Part shown: piece after piece, positions 9,491 to 20,225 of the stretch
How the letters are laid out: each line of letters begins with the position of its first letter
Position numbering within the stretch: position 1 is the first letter of the stretch
Assembly: GCA_964537555.1 (NCBI GenBank)
Contig: CAZIAD010000003.1
Span: 3,921-67,920, forward strand
Direction of reading: 5' to 3'
Length of the DNA: 64,000 nucleotides
Origin: an uncultured Brevinematales bacterium
GTDB lineage: Bacteria > Spirochaetota > Brevinematia > Brevinematales > CAYRWR01
Position numbers and translations under genes: made by a program
The notes under the pieces: generated by a model
What the model saw: only the letters and a program-made list of their open reading frames with translations
The model's database searches: none
Told to the model about the DNA's origin: nothing

Positions 9491-10842
9491 AGACCAAAAT
9501 TTTAGTGGCCGATGATGAATATGGAATCCGTGAATTTATGTTTGAACTGTTTAAAGAAGAATATCAGGTCCTGCTCGCTGAAAACGGGGTAGAAGCGATA
9601 GAGATCCTGGAAAAAGAAAAGCCTGATGTCTCTCTGATAGACATGCGTATGCCCAAGAAATCGGGCCTGGATGTACTCCATTATATGAGCAAGCATAATC
9701 TGGACAGTATTCCCATAGTCATTACAGCAGACCGGGAAGTGAGTAACGCGGTAGAAGCCATGAAACTGGGAGCTTATGACTATATCACCAAACCCCTGGA
9801 TTACCAGAAATTAAGTATTATTGTCAGAAATGCGGTAGAAAAAAAATCTCTGGAAGAAAAACTGGACATCCTGGAAAAGGAAGTGAAACCCAATATCGCC
9901 TATTCCAACATAATAGGCCAGTCCAAAGTGATGCGGGCTGTATATCAGCAGATAGAAAATGTCACCAATAATGATGCCACCGTTCTGGTCTATGGAGAAA
10001 GCGGAACCGGTAAAGAACTGATCGCCCGGGCCATACATTATAGCGGGAACCGCAGTACCAAGCCTTTTATTCCGGTAGATTGTGCTTCCTTCCCTTCATC
10101 ATTGATAGAAGCAGAGCTCTTCGGTTATGAAAAAGGAGCCTTTACGGGAGCCACCAAAGCCACACCAGGTAAGTTCGAGATGGCTAATCAGGGCACCCTG
10201 TTTCTGGATGAGATCTCCAATATAACCATGGAAGCCCAGGCCAAGCTGCTGCGAGTGATACAGGAAAAAGAATTTACCCGCCTGGGCAGCAGTAAAAATA
10301 TCTCGGTAGATGTGCGTATCGTCTCCGCTTCCAATAAAGACCTCAAGGATATGATACAGAAGGGAGAGTTCCGGGAAGACCTGTATTATCGATTGAATGT
10401 CATCCCTATCACATTGCCTCCCCTCCGGGACAGAAAGGATGACCTACCCATGCTTATTTCCCATTTTCTGAAAAAATATAACCGGCAATATGAAAAAAAC
10501 ACTAATCTCCACTCCAGGACATTTCAGACGCTCCTGAACTATAGCTGGCCCGGCAACATCAGAGAACTGGAAAATCTCATGAATCGCCTGGTATTAAGTA
10601 CCAATCAGGACGTGATACTGCAGGACGATCTGCCTGAAGAGATAGTCCAGATACCCCAGTTAAAAAACACACATAATGAACTGCTGGACCAGGATATGGA
10701 ACTGGACAGCCTGGAAAACATCTATATAAAAAATATTTTAGAGCGCCATGATTATAATATCAGTGAGGCCTCCAACATCCTTGGCATAACCCGAAAGACC
10801 CTTTATGCCAAGATGGAAAAGTTCGGGATTAAGAAGGGTTAA
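9487..10842 (+). CDS. Sigma-54-dependent response regulator (NtrC family enhancer-binding protein)
   Basis: REC domain (LVADDE...DVSLIDMRMP), AAA+ Walker A GESGTGKE, sigma-54 contact loop GAFTGA and a C-terminal HTH (ISEASNILGITRKTLYAKM). Overlaps the kinase stop codon. Confidence 0.9.
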   Translation: MKTKILVADDEYGIREFMFELFKEEYQVLLAENGVEAIEILEKEKPDVSLIDMRMPKKSGLDVLHYMSKHNLDSIPIVITADREVSNAVEAMKLGAYDYITKPLDYQKLSIIVRNAVEKKSLEEKLDILEKEVKPNIAYSNIIGQSKVMRAVYQQIENVTNNDATVLVYGESGTGKELIARAIHYSGNRSTKPFIPVDCASFPSSLIEAELFGYEKGAFTGATKATPGKFEMANQGTLFLDEISNITMEAQAKLLRVIQEKEFTRLGSSKNISVDVRIVSASNKDLKDMIQKGEFREDLYYRLNVIPITLPPLRDRKDDLPMLISHFLKKYNRQYEKNTNLHSRTFQTLLNYSWPGNIRELENLMNRLVLSTNQDVILQDDLPEEIVQIPQLKNTHNELLDQDMELDSLENIYIKNILERHDYNISEASNILGITRKTLYAKMEKFGIKKG

Positions 10843-10858
10843 AAATTAAGGAAGATAT

Positions 10859-12469
10859 ATGAGTAATCTAGACAAATTCAGAGCCCTGGGGATTTCAGAA
10901 GCTACCCTGGCTACTTTATCAAAAAAAGGATTTGAAGAACCCACAGAGATTCAGGAAAAGACTATCCCCATCCTGCTGGAAGGGCACAAGAATGTGATCG
11001 GGCAGGCCCGTACCGGTACCGGAAAGACAGCTGCCTTTGGTATACCTCTCATCGAGATGCTGGAACCGGGCCAGAGGGATGTCCAGGCTATCGTACTGAC
11101 TCCCACCCGGGAGCTGGCCCTGCAGGTGGCCGAGGAGATACACTCCCTGTGTTCAGATAAAAAAATGGCCATTACCACAGTCTATGGAGGCCAGTCTATT
11201 ACTGAACAGCTCCGCAAACTAAAGAGAGGCACTGACATCGTAGTCGGTACTCCCGGCCGTGTCATTGACCATATCAACCGTAAAAGCCTGCGTCTGGATA
11301 ACATCAAATATTTTATTCTGGATGAAGCCGATGAGATGCTCAACATGGGATTTCTGGAAGATGTGGAGCAGATCATGTTTCATACTCCGGCGGATAAGCA
11401 GGTCTTACTTTTTTCAGCGACTATGCCTGACCACATCCTGCAGCTGGCCCGCAAACACATGCCCGACTATGAGCTCATCAAAGTAACCAATCAGGAGCTG
11501 ACCACAAATCTTACTGACCAGATCTATTTTGAAGTACGTACTGAGGATAAGTTCGAAGCCCTATGCCGCATTATTGATGTAGAGCCGGACTTTTATGGAC
11601 TGATGTTCTGCCGTACCAAGCGCGATGTAGATGAACTGTCCCAGCGCCTCATAGACCGGGGTTATGACGCCGAAGCCATTCATGGGGACCTGTCTCAACA
11701 CCAGAGAGAGCGCATCATGGATAAGTTTAAAAAGCAGCATATCAACCTCCTGGTGGCCACCGATGTAGCGGCCCGGGGAATAGATGTGAATAACCTGACC
11801 CATGTCATCAATTATGCCTTGCCCCAGGACCCGGAAAGCTATGTTCACCGGATCGGTCGTACCGGACGGGCCGGCAATGAAGGGACTGCTATCACCTTTA
11901 TCACCCCGTCTGAATACCGTAAGCTGATGTTCATAGAAAAGGTGGCCAAGACCAAGATCCGCAAGGAAAAGCTGCCCGACATACAGGATGTGATCGGATT
12001 TAAAAAAGACCGCATCATTGCAGATATCGAAGACATGGTGGAAGAAGGGCCTAATGACCAGTTCCACGAAATGGCACAGCAATTTCTGGATAAGTATAAA
12101 GCGGAAGACGTACTGGCAGGAATCCTGAAGTTTTTCTTTGAAGAGGAACTGGATACAAAGAGCTACCGGGAGATCCGGGAGGTAAAAGCTATCGATAAGC
12201 AGGGTACTACCCGCCTGTTTGTAGCCCGGGGAAAGAAGCACGGTATGGGCCCCAAGTCCCTTCTGGAGTTCATTGAAAAAGAAGCCAAAGTGGATAAAAA
12301 TGTGATCAAGGACTTTAGTATACTGGATGACTTCTCCTTTATCAATGTCCCCTTTACTGAAGCCGAGACTATCCTGAGAGCATTTCAGGGCAGCCGGGGG
12401 CAGAGGCCTCTCGTGACCAAAGCCAAAGAAAGAAGTGGTGGTGGCGGCGGCCGGGGCGGAAGAAGATAG
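10859..12469 (+). CDS. deaD: DEAD-box ATP-dependent RNA helicase (DeaD/CsdA-like)
   Basis: Q motif, ARTGTGKT, PTRELA, DEAD, SAT and HRIGRTGRAG. Also a DbpA-type C-terminal RNA-binding domain and a Gly/Arg tail (GGGGGRGGRR). Confidence 0.9.
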   Translation: MSNLDKFRALGISEATLATLSKKGFEEPTEIQEKTIPILLEGHKNVIGQARTGTGKTAAFGIPLIEMLEPGQRDVQAIVLTPTRELALQVAEEIHSLCSDKKMAITTVYGGQSITEQLRKLKRGTDIVVGTPGRVIDHINRKSLRLDNIKYFILDEADEMLNMGFLEDVEQIMFHTPADKQVLLFSATMPDHILQLARKHMPDYELIKVTNQELTTNLTDQIYFEVRTEDKFEALCRIIDVEPDFYGLMFCRTKRDVDELSQRLIDRGYDAEAIHGDLSQHQRERIMDKFKKQHINLLVATDVAARGIDVNNLTHVINYALPQDPESYVHRIGRTGRAGNEGTAITFITPSEYRKLMFIEKVAKTKIRKEKLPDIQDVIGFKKDRIIADIEDMVEEGPNDQFHEMAQQFLDKYKAEDVLAGILKFFFEEELDTKSYREIREVKAIDKQGTTRLFVARGKKHGMGPKSLLEFIEKEAKVDKNVIKDFSILDDFSFINVPFTEAETILRAFQGSRGQRPLVTKAKERSGGGGGRGGRR

Positions 12470-12480
12470 ATGCTCTGGGA

Positions 12481-12509
12481 TTGACGGAAATGCTAAGACA
12501 CTATAAAAT
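12481..12509 (+). promoter_or_regulatory. Sigma-70-type promoter candidate for glnS
   Basis: TTGACG (12481-12486), 17-nt spacer, TAAAAT (12504-12509), about 27 nt upstream of ATG 12536. Confidence 0.45.
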
Positions 12510-12535
12510 AGTGCATATTATTTTAGGAGCAGACC

Positions 12536-14224
12536 ATGCCTGAAAACACCGAAGCACAGGAAGCCCGGCTTAATTTTATTGAACAGATCGTGCAGGATGA
12601 TGTCCAATCCGGTAAGCATGGTGGAAAAGTGGTGACCCGCTTTCCGCCTGAACCTAACGGCTATCTCCATATCGGACATGCAAAGTCTATCAGTCTTAAT
12701 TTCGGCATTGCTCAAAAATTTGGCGGGACCTGCCATCTCAGGTTTGATGACACCAATCCTGAAAAAGAAGAACAGGAATATATAGATGCCATACAGGAAG
12801 ATATCAAATGGCTGGGCTATGACTGGGGAAAACACCTCTACCATGCCTCTGACTATTTTGACCAGCTCTATGACTATGCCATAATCCTGATAAAGAAAGG
12901 CCTGGGATATGTGGACGACCTCAGTGCTGAGGAGATGCGAGAGTACCGTGGTACTTTTGAGGTACCCGGGAAAAACAGTCCCCATAGGGAGCGCAGCATA
13001 GAAGAAAACCTGGACCTGTTTGAGCGAATGAAAAACGGTGAATTTGCGGACGGGGAAAAGACTCTCCGGGCTAAAATAGATATGGCCAACCCCATCATAA
13101 CCATGCGGGACCCGGTGATGTATCGTATCAAGCATGCCTCCCACCCCCGTACCGGAGATAAATGGTGTATTTACCCCTCCTATGACTTTACCCATGGCCA
13201 GAGTGACTCTATAGAGGGCATCACCCATTCTATATGTACCCTGGAATTTGAAAACAACCGGCCCCTCTATGACTGGTTTATAGAGAAGCTGGAGATATTT
13301 CCCAGTCACCAGTATGAATTTGCCCGGCTCAACATGACCTATATGATGATGTCCAAACGTAAGCTCCTCAAGCTGGTTCAGGATAAGATCGTACAGGGTT
13401 GGGATGACCCTCGGATGCCTACCATTACCGGCATCCGTCGACGGGGCTACACCCCGGCTGCCATCCGCCGTTTTACAGACATGATCGGAGTGGCCAAGGC
13501 AAACTCTACTGTCGAGTTCGGGATGCTGGAATTCGCCCTGCGTGAAGACCTCAATGCCCACGCAGATCGAGCTATGGTCATTCTGGATCCTTTAAAACTA
13601 GTCATAACCAATTACCCTGAAGGACAGGAAGAGTGGTTTGAGGCAGAGGATAATCCCGAAAATCCAGGCCAGGGTACGCATAAAGTCCCGTTCAGCCGGG
13701 AGATATATATCGAAAGATCAGACTTTATGGAAGAAGCTCCTAAAAAGTATTTCCGTCTGGCCCCCGGAATGGAAGTCAGGCTGAAACTGGCCTATTATGT
13801 GACCTGTACCGACTTTGTGAAAAACGCTCAAGGGGAGATCACCGAAGTCCATGTGACCTATGACCCTCTGTCAAAGGGAGGCGGGACTGAAGACGGCCGT
13901 AAGGTCAAGGGGACTCTGCACTGGGTATCCGTAGCTCACGCCAAAGCCATCGAAGCCCGGCTCTATGATCACCTGTTTAGCAAAGAAGACCCTTTTGATG
14001 TGGAAGAGGGACAGGACTTTACCGCCAATCTCAATCCGGACTCACTGAAAGTGATTACCGCCTACGCTGAACCCTGGCTCATCAGCGCTCAGCCCGAACA
14101 GCGCTTCCAGTTCTTACGCAATGGTTATTTTGTAGCTGACCGTTATGACCATAGTGAAAACACTCCGGTGTTTAACAAGATAGTGGGTATGAAAGACAGC
14201 TGGGCTAAAAAAGCGGATAGTTAG
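12536..14224 (+). CDS. glnS: Glutamine--tRNA ligase
   Basis: Class I signatures [14 protein letters not shown] (HIGH) and MMMSKRKL (KMSKS), with GlnRS-type length and C-terminal anticodon-binding domain. Confidence 0.95.
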   Translation: MPENTEAQEARLNFIEQIVQDDVQSGKHGGKVVTRFPPEPNGYLHIGHAKSISLNFGIAQKFGGTCHLRFDDTNPEKEEQEYIDAIQEDIKWLGYDWGKHLYHASDYFDQLYDYAIILIKKGLGYVDDLSAEEMREYRGTFEVPGKNSPHRERSIEENLDLFERMKNGEFADGEKTLRAKIDMANPIITMRDPVMYRIKHASHPRTGDKWCIYPSYDFTHGQSDSIEGITHSICTLEFENNRPLYDWFIEKLEIFPSHQYEFARLNMTYMMMSKRKLLKLVQDKIVQGWDDPRMPTITGIRRRGYTPAAIRRFTDMIGVAKANSTVEFGMLEFALREDLNAHADRAMVILDPLKLVITNYPEGQEEWFEAEDNPENPGQGTHKVPFSREIYIERSDFMEEAPKKYFRLAPGMEVRLKLAYYVTCTDFVKNAQGEITEVHVTYDPLSKGGGTEDGRKVKGTLHWVSVAHAKAIEARLYDHLFSKEDPFDVEEGQDFTANLNPDSLKVITAYAEPWLISAQPEQRFQFLRNGYFVADRYDHSENTPVFNKIVGMKDSWAKKADS

Positions 14225-14242
14225 ACTAAAAACCATAATCAG

Positions 14243-14280
14243 AAAGCTCCTGTTAACAGATATCAGGAGCTTTTTGTTTG
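14243..14280. terminator. Hairpin between convergent genes, probably a bidirectional terminator
   Basis: AAAGCTCCTG (14243-14252) pairs with CAGGAGCTTT (14264-14273). The hairpin is flanked by T-rich and A-rich runs. Confidence 0.6.
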
Positions 14281-14281
14281 A

Positions 14282-14644
14282 TCAGATCGATACAAACTCG
14301 GACAATTCCAAAGTATATCCATTATTATCAGTGATATACATCCTTTGCTGGTCATCAGTATTGTATACCAGGCTCTTGATATCCACAGCCTGGGGCAGGA
14401 TATTAATGATCAGCCTGTCTCCCAGTACGATCAGGCGTTCCCGTTTCTCGGGCCGGCGGTTAAAACGGGCCTGACGGGTGTTATAGACCCAGACATAACC
14501 ATAGATCCTGAGGGTCGATGCATCCACATCTGTGATGACTCCCATAAAGTGGCGCCTCACATCATCCACAAAAAACCTTTTTTCTATGATTAATAGCTTT
14601 TCTCCTACTTTTACCACAGGCATCTTTTCCTCCTCTAAATCCAT
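14282..14644 (-). CDS. Hypothetical protein
   Basis: 120-aa ORF fitting the gap between two terminators. No recognised motif. Confidence 0.45.
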   Translation of the reverse strand: MDLEEEKMPVVKVGEKLLIIEKRFFVDDVRRHFMGVITDVDASTLRIYGYVWVYNTRQARFNRRPEKRERLIVLGDRLIINILPQAVDIKSLVYNTDDQQRMYITDNNGYTLELSEFVSI

Positions 14645-14679
14645 CCATAACTAATTATAACTGGAATCCAGTTTTATAC

Positions 14680-14707
14680 AAAAAAAACCGCCTCTTTCGA
14701 GGCGGTT
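14680..14707 (-). terminator. Rho-independent terminator of hppA
   Basis: AACCGCCTC / GAGGCGGTT stem with a TTTC loop. The A8 run on the plus strand is a U-run on the minus strand. Confidence 0.75.
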
Positions 14708-14728
14708 CTTATATTCAATTCCAGGATA

Positions 14729-17041
14729 TTATTTAAAGAGTCCTACGATAGCATTGAGCTTGTAGAGAGCTACTCCAAATACTACAGATACCATACTCAT
14801 CAGCTTGATAAGGATGTTCAGTGATGGGCCTGAAGTGTCTTTGAAGGGGTCACCTACAGTGTCACCTACCACAGCCGCTTTGTGCTGCTCTGAACCTTTA
14901 CCACCCAGGTTTCCTGCTTCGATATACTTCTTAGCATTATCCCAGGCTCCGCCGGAGTTGGCCATCATGATAGCAAAGGGGAATCCTGTCACCAGAGCTC
15001 CAGCCAGAAGGCCGATCAGAGCTTTGAGTCCCAGGAAAGAACCTACAACCAGAGGCATAGCGATAGCCAGAAGGGCAGGAGCTACCATCTCTTTCTGGGC
15101 ACCCAGGGTAGAGATAGCTACACACTTCTGATAATCAGGCTCTGCATCACCGGTCAGAATACCTTTGATCTCTCTGAACTGACGTCTCACTTCATCTACC
15201 ATAGCCTGAGCAGCACGGCCTACTGCATTCATGGTCATAGCAGAGAAGAGGAAGGGAGTCATAGCACCGATGAACAGTCCCACCAGGGCTTCAGGAGTGA
15301 CTACGATAGCAGACAGATTACCCTGTACTGCTTCCAGACTGAGTCCGGGGGTCATTTCATGGATCTTGTGAGCGATCTCCTGCTTGAAAGCAGCCAGCAG
15401 AGCCAGCGCTGTCAGGGCAGCGGAACCAATAGCGAATCCTTTACCGGTAGCAGCAGTGGTGTTACCCAGGGAGTCCAGAGCGTCAGTTCTCTTACGAACG
15501 TCATCGCCCAGCCCACCGGCTGTTCCAGCCATTTCAGCAATACCGCCGGCATTATCAGCAATAGGTCCATAAGCATCGGTGGACAGTGTGATTCCCAGAG
15601 TAGAGAGCATTCCTACTGCAGCGATACCGATACCATATACACCCATAGAGAAGTTTTCAGCACCCAGTCCCTGTGCAGACAATCCGTAAGCCGCAATAGT
15701 AGCCGCTACGATAGTAACTACAGATACCCAGGTAGATTTCATTCCCAGAGCCAGTCCCCCGATGATCAGGGTAGCAGCACCGGTGTTCGCCTGTTCAGCC
15801 AGTTTTTTAGTAGGCTTGTAATGATCTGAAGTATAGTACTCGGTGAAGAAACCGATCACATTACCAGCTATAAGACCCACAGCCAGGGCCCAGAAGATAC
15901 CGAAGTTTTCCCATCCCAGAGCTTTGAAGATCACATAAGCAGCTACACCCAGGATCAGGAAGGTAGCAGAGTATACACCCCGGCGTAAAGCACCCAGCAA
16001 TACTTTCTGAGTGGCGTTCTCATCCTTGGTCCGTACTAAGAGAGTACCCACCAGAGAAGCAAACACACCCAGTGAAGCGATAGCCATAGGTACGATGATA
16101 GCCTTTAAGGGAGCGGCAGGGAAAGCCACAGCACCCAGAGCCATAGTAGCCACAATAGATCCTACATAAGACTCATAGAGGTCAGCACCCATTCCGGCAA
16201 CGTCTCCTACATTATCACCTACATTGTCGGCGATGGTAGCAGGGTTACGGGGATCATCTTCAGGAATACCGGCTTCTACTTTACCTACGATGTCAGCACC
16301 GACGTCAGCAGACTTGGTATAGATACCGCCGCCTACACGGGCAAACAGCGCCATGGAAGAAGCTCCCATTTCAAAGGTCAGCATGATCTGTGTGATAGTG
16401 GTAGGATCGATCTTAGCGATATATTTCAGTCCCAGGAACCAGGCAGACAGGTCTAAGAGACCCAGTCCTACTACGACCATACCCATAACGGATCCAGCCA
16501 TGAAAGCCACACGCAGGGCAGGATTCAGGCCTTTTTTAGCAGCCCAGGCAGTACGTGAGTTAGCCTGAGTAGCTATGCGCATTCCGATAAATCCGGCCAG
16601 ACCAGAGAAGAATCCTCCGGTAATGAAGGCCCAGGGTACGAAAGTAGACAAGATCTCACCTTTGGATCCCCAGGCAATAGCACCCAGGATACCAAACATG
16701 ACGACGAAAAAGATACCTACTACTTTGTACTGTTGCTTAAGATAAGCCATAGCACCCTTACGGATAGCAGCGGAAATCTTTTTTACCGCATCTGATCCTT
16801 CTTCCTGTTTGCGCACATGCCGTGCCACAAAGAAGACATAGATCAGCGCTACAACAGCAGCAATAGGTGTGAGCCAGATCAGGATGTTCATCCAGGTTCC
16901 GGAATCACCTTCTCCCATGCCCTGAGGTACTGCAGGAGCTGCATTGGTACCGGCATAAGAGAATACAAGGACACCCAGTACCAGAGTAATAATAGCCAGT
17001 GCAATCTTAGATACAGGGATCTTTTTACCAAAGATCTTCAT
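14729..17041 (-). CDS. hppA: Membrane-integral pyrophosphate-energised cation pump (K+-dependent subfamily signature)
   Basis: 770 aa, about 16 TM helices, motifs DNVGDNVGD and [10 protein letters not shown]. The [15 protein letters not shown] segment has Ala at the position that is Lys in K+-independent enzymes. Confidence 0.95.
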   Translation of the reverse strand: MKIFGKKIPVSKIALAIITLVLGVLVFSYAGTNAAPAVPQGMGEGDSGTWMNILIWLTPIAAVVALIYVFFVARHVRKQEEGSDAVKKISAAIRKGAMAYLKQQYKVVGIFFVVMFGILGAIAWGSKGEILSTFVPWAFITGGFFSGLAGFIGMRIATQANSRTAWAAKKGLNPALRVAFMAGSVMGMVVVGLGLLDLSAWFLGLKYIAKIDPTTITQIMLTFEMGASSMALFARVGGGIYTKSADVGADIVGKVEAGIPEDDPRNPATIADNVGDNVGDVAGMGADLYESYVGSIVATMALGAVAFPAAPLKAIIVPMAIASLGVFASLVGTLLVRTKDENATQKVLLGALRRGVYSATFLILGVAAYVIFKALGWENFGIFWALAVGLIAGNVIGFFTEYYTSDHYKPTKKLAEQANTGAATLIIGGLALGMKSTWVSVVTIVAATIAAYGLSAQGLGAENFSMGVYGIGIAAVGMLSTLGITLSTDAYGPIADNAGGIAEMAGTAGGLGDDVRKRTDALDSLGNTTAATGKGFAIGSAALTALALLAAFKQEIAHKIHEMTPGLSLEAVQGNLSAIVVTPEALVGLFIGAMTPFLFSAMTMNAVGRAAQAMVDEVRRQFREIKGILTGDAEPDYQKCVAISTLGAQKEMVAPALLAIAMPLVVGSFLGLKALIGLLAGALVTGFPFAIMMANSGGAWDNAKKYIEAGNLGGKGSEQHKAAVVGDTVGDPFKDTSGPSLNILIKLMSMVSVVFGVALYKLNAIVGLFK

Positions 17042-17234
17042 AAATATCCTCCAAAAACTTATTAGTTCAGGGAAGCAGAACCATTCTTCCCATTATAAAT
17101 TAATTAGGGATATTATCCCCTGTTATGCTAAAATTTTCAAGTTAGTGGGCAGTAATAGGCTACATTCTGCGGGATATTCCCGAATTCCCTGCCGAAGATT
17201 TAATTTTGGGGAGGGGTAACACCGATAATCTATT

Positions 17235-18281
17235 ATGACTAATTTAATCCCGGGCCAGATCAGCTCCACTTCCTCTGTCCTCAGTCCTGTCCTCAGCAAT
17301 ACTACAGCCTTAAATCCCCTGGCCATGCACCTGAGCAATCGTCAGACTCTGGTCTCTAATCTGGAAATACCCAGTATTCTGGAAGTGATCAGGAACAGTA
17401 CTATTCTGCTCAACCTGCTATTCACCGTACTTTCCATTACTTTTTTCTGGCTGGCTCGCTATATAGTCCTGCACCTGGTCAGTAAATACAAAGAAGATCC
17501 CAATATACTGTACCGATGGCGCAAGGCTTCCTCGACGGTCACTCTGATATTAAACATCATCATCATATCCCAGATATGGATCAAGGAATTTAACAACCTG
17601 CTCACCTACCTGGGACTATTATCTGCAGGTATTGCCATTGCCCTTAAGGACTTTATAGTAAATGCCCTGGGCTGGCTCTATATCGTTTCCTCAAAGCCCT
17701 TTATAGTAGGAGACCGGATACAGATCGGAGAATTGTCGGGCGATGTCATAGATATAAAAGCGTTTTTCTTTACTATAATGGAGATCGGGAACTGGGTCCA
17801 TGCTGACCAGAGCACCGGACGTATCGTGCATGTACCGAACGGACAGCTCTTTACCGCAAATCTCTCCAATTACACTAAAGCATTTAAATATATATGGAAC
17901 GAGATACCTGTGACCATCACTTTTGATAGTGACTGGAAAAAAGCCAAGGAGATCCTGACTGATATCCTGGAGGATAAAGTAGGCCACATGTCACGCACCG
18001 CCGAAAAAAAGGTGCGTGATGCAGCCAAAAAATTTATGATCTATTATTCCACCCTGGCCCCGGCTATCTATACGGAGACAGAAGCCAATGGGATCATCCT
18101 CACCCTGCGCTATCTGTGTGAAGTGAAGCAGCGCCGCAACACCAAGCACTTGCTATGGGAAGCCATTCTGGAAGAATTTGGAAAATACAAAAATATCAAT
18201 TTCGCCTATAATACCCTGACTGTCCATAAAGGCGAAGATTCTCCGGCACCCAAAACCGTAAAAACTCCCAGAAAAGCCTGA
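17235..18281 (+). CDS. MscS-family mechanosensitive ion channel
   Basis: TM helices followed by the conserved pore/beta-domain signature SKPFIVGDRIQIGELSGDVIDI...ITFDSDW. The exact start is uncertain. Confidence 0.8.
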   Translation: MTNLIPGQISSTSSVLSPVLSNTTALNPLAMHLSNRQTLVSNLEIPSILEVIRNSTILLNLLFTVLSITFFWLARYIVLHLVSKYKEDPNILYRWRKASSTVTLILNIIIISQIWIKEFNNLLTYLGLLSAGIAIALKDFIVNALGWLYIVSSKPFIVGDRIQIGELSGDVIDIKAFFFTIMEIGNWVHADQSTGRIVHVPNGQLFTANLSNYTKAFKYIWNEIPVTITFDSDWKKAKEILTDILEDKVGHMSRTAEKKVRDAAKKFMIYYSTLAPAIYTETEANGIILTLRYLCEVKQRRNTKHLLWEAILEEFGKYKNINFAYNTLTVHKGEDSPAPKTVKTPRKA

Positions 18282-18492
18282 TTTTCGAGCCAATTTCTGT
18301 GTCATAATTACACTTTGTTAAATATATGTGCCATTTAGGCACACTTCATGGATTATAGATTAGATCAATTTGACCACATGTGTCTCTCTGATACACCTCT
18401 TTTCCGGTATTCTTCACTTATCTTAGCTGATTTATTAATGCTAATTCCTTATCTGGTATACATTTAAAATTTTTATTTTTTCCTGTGCCACC

Positions 18493-18507
18493 TGGCACGC
18501 TATTTGA
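18493..18507 (+). promoter_or_regulatory. Sigma-54-type (-24/-12) promoter candidate upstream of the hsp20 pair
   Basis: TGGCACG-CTAT-TTGAT compared with consensus TGGCACG-N4-TTGCW, with one mismatch in the -12 GC. It lies about 44 nt upstream of ATG 18551, and a sigma-54 EBP is encoded in this window. Confidence 0.4.
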
Positions 18508-18550
18508 TATATAGTATTCATAATTTATAAAAAAAATCAGGAGGTTTATT

Positions 18551-18937
18551 ATGTGGTTAAATCCTATGATCGAGTGGAATCGGATGAACAAGTGGGCTGA
18601 GAATTTCTGGAGTACAGAAGATCCTGTACCTGTAAACAGCTACGAGAGTGAGGATGCCTATCTGGTACAGATACCGGTAGCAGGGGTCTCCGGCGATGCC
18701 CTGGAAGTGGACCTGAAGGACGGTATACTGAAGATAAAAGTAGACCAGGCTGAAAAAGACCGGGAATCCTACAAGGTATTACACCGGGAGAGCGAAAAGC
18801 ATCAGTTTGTACAGAAACTGCGTATCCCTAAAAATGCCGATGGAAACGGCATAGAAGCTCATGTGGAAGATGGAGTGCTGCTTATCAGTATCCCTAAAAA
18901 GCCCGAAGCAGAGACTAAAAAAATCCAGGTATTATAA
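18551..18937 (+). CDS. Hsp20/alpha-crystallin small heat-shock protein
   Basis: Alpha-crystallin domain pattern (YLVQIPVAGVSGDALEVDLKDGILKIK...ENGVLLISIPK). AGGAGG RBS. Confidence 0.85.
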   Translation: MWLNPMIEWNRMNKWAENFWSTEDPVPVNSYESEDAYLVQIPVAGVSGDALEVDLKDGILKIKVDQAEKDRESYKVLHRESEKHQFVQKLRIPKNADGNGIEAHVEDGVLLISIPKKPEAETKKIQVL

Positions 18938-18948
18938 AGGAGAATAAA

Positions 18949-19287
18949 ATGAATAAAAATTACACCAAGACCCCTAATGCAGATATTTTTGAGAATGAAG
19001 AGCACTTCCTGGTAGTACTGGAAATGCCCGGTATCGATAAGGAAACAATCGATATCGAAGTAAAAGAAGACAAGCTCAGTGTCAAAGCGGAGCCCAAGAC
19101 CCTCGATGAAAAATGGAAGTCGCTGAGACAGGAATTTTCAGTGGGCAGTTTTGCCCGGGAATTCAGTATCGGCCAGCGTATCGACCGGGAAAACATCTCG
19201 GCTCATTACGAAAACGGTATCCTGGAATTACAACTGGCCAAATCTCCGGAAGCCAAGCCAAAAAAGATCACTGTGAATGTCGCATAA
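18949..19287 (+). CDS. Hsp20/alpha-crystallin small heat-shock protein (second copy)
   Basis: FLVVLEMPGIDKETIDIEVKEDKLSVKA...YENGILELQLAK. AAAGGAG RBS. Confidence 0.85.
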   Translation: MNKNYTKTPNADIFENEEHFLVVLEMPGIDKETIDIEVKEDKLSVKAEPKTLDEKWKSLRQEFSVGSFAREFSIGQRIDRENISAHYENGILELQLAKSPEAKPKKITVNVA

Positions 19288-19290
19288 AAA

Positions 19291-19314
19291 AAACCGCCTT
19301 CGGGCGGTTTTTTT
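19291..19314 (+). terminator. Rho-independent terminator
   Basis: AAACCGCC-TTCG-GGCGGTTT followed by a T-run. Confidence 0.8.
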
Positions 19315-19369
19315 ATTTACTTTTTTTCCGAAAAATATATACTATACCTATCAACTACAGGAAAAATAA

Positions 19370-19702
19370 ATGCCCGTTTTCAAACAATGCCCTTTTTGTT
19401 CTCAAGAATGGAATAGTGTCGACGAATTTATCAATGACAGAAAGCTGAAGCTGATAGGCTATCAGGTGGATTTTTCAAAACTTTCTGCCGGGTATTTTTT
19501 GTTTAATCACCACTGTGGTGACACTCTGGCACTGGAAGTAGCCCACTTCACCCATTTATACCATGGCCCGGTATACAAAGAACGAAAAACCGGCCAGGAA
19601 GAATGCCCCGGCTATTGCCTGCATAACGACAATCTCAGCCCCTGCCCGGCTCATTGCGAATGCGCCTTTGTCAGAGAAATCATGCAGATCCTGCAAAAAT
19701 AA
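19370..19702 (+). CDS. Hypothetical Cys/His-rich protein (possible metal-binding)
   Basis: 110 aa with CPFC near the N-terminus and CPGYC...CPAHCEC near the C-terminus. No family recognised. Confidence 0.4.
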   Translation: MPVFKQCPFCSQEWNSVDEFINDRKLKLIGYQVDFSKLSAGYFLFNHHCGDTLALEVAHFTHLYHGPVYKERKTGQEECPGYCLHNDNLSPCPAHCECAFVREIMQILQK

Positions 19703-20176
19703 TCAGTCTCCGGTTATCTTGAGTTTAAAGTCCCGGTTTTTGGAGTCGTAGTTGATCTGATTGGAACTGCTGTATACCGTCATGTCCGTGATATGCCGGT
19801 CTATGTCAAACCTTTTAGACCACAGCAGTACAGTTGAAATGATCTTTTTATTCTCATCAGGCAGAGGCTTAAGCAGCAGATGCTCGCATTCCTTACGTAT
19901 CTTGACGATCCTGTCTTTGAGGACGGGGCGGTTTGTGGATTTAGCCACTTCTACCATATACTTGACTACTTTCTGTCCCAGTTTCTGAGTAAGCTCACTG
20001 CCTCCCTTGCGGGGAGCAGCCGCAGGCACATGCCGTCTCACCGGAGCATCCCCAAAAGCACCATGAATGTGCTTACGGTTAGCCACTACAAATATAGAGG
20101 CCAGAGACCCCACTACTAAAAACAGCAGCAGCCAGAAGATTGCGCTGGTCATGAATTGTTCGATCATTAATGGCAT
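19703..20176 (-). CDS. Hypothetical membrane-anchored protein
   Basis: One N-terminal TM helix (AIFWLLLFLVVGSLASIFVV) and a basic soluble domain. Confidence 0.45.
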   Translation of the reverse strand: MPLMIEQFMTSAIFWLLLFLVVGSLASIFVVANRKHIHGAFGDAPVRRHVPAAAPRKGGSELTQKLGQKVVKYMVEVAKSTNRPVLKDRIVKIRKECEHLLLKPLPDENKKIISTVLLWSKRFDIDRHITDMTVYSSSNQINYDSKNRDFKLKITGD

Positions 20177-20225
20177 AGATTCTCCTCATTATTATTATCG
20201 GAGCTTTAGCCAGTCTGTAAAGAGC

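Noticed and set aside
11561-12241. 226-aa ORF on the minus strand
   Set aside because: It is antisense to the DEAD-box helicase gene. There is no RBS or motif, so it is a shadow ORF.
12518-13561. 347-aa ORF on the minus strand
   Set aside because: It lies entirely antisense to glnS, whose HIGH/KMSKS motifs are unambiguous. The product is low-complexity with no motifs, so it is a shadow ORF.
15359-15829. 156-aa Ser-rich ORF on the plus strand, and other short ORFs within 14805-17065
   Set aside because: All are antisense to, or out of frame within, the hppA pyrophosphatase gene, and their products are low-complexity.
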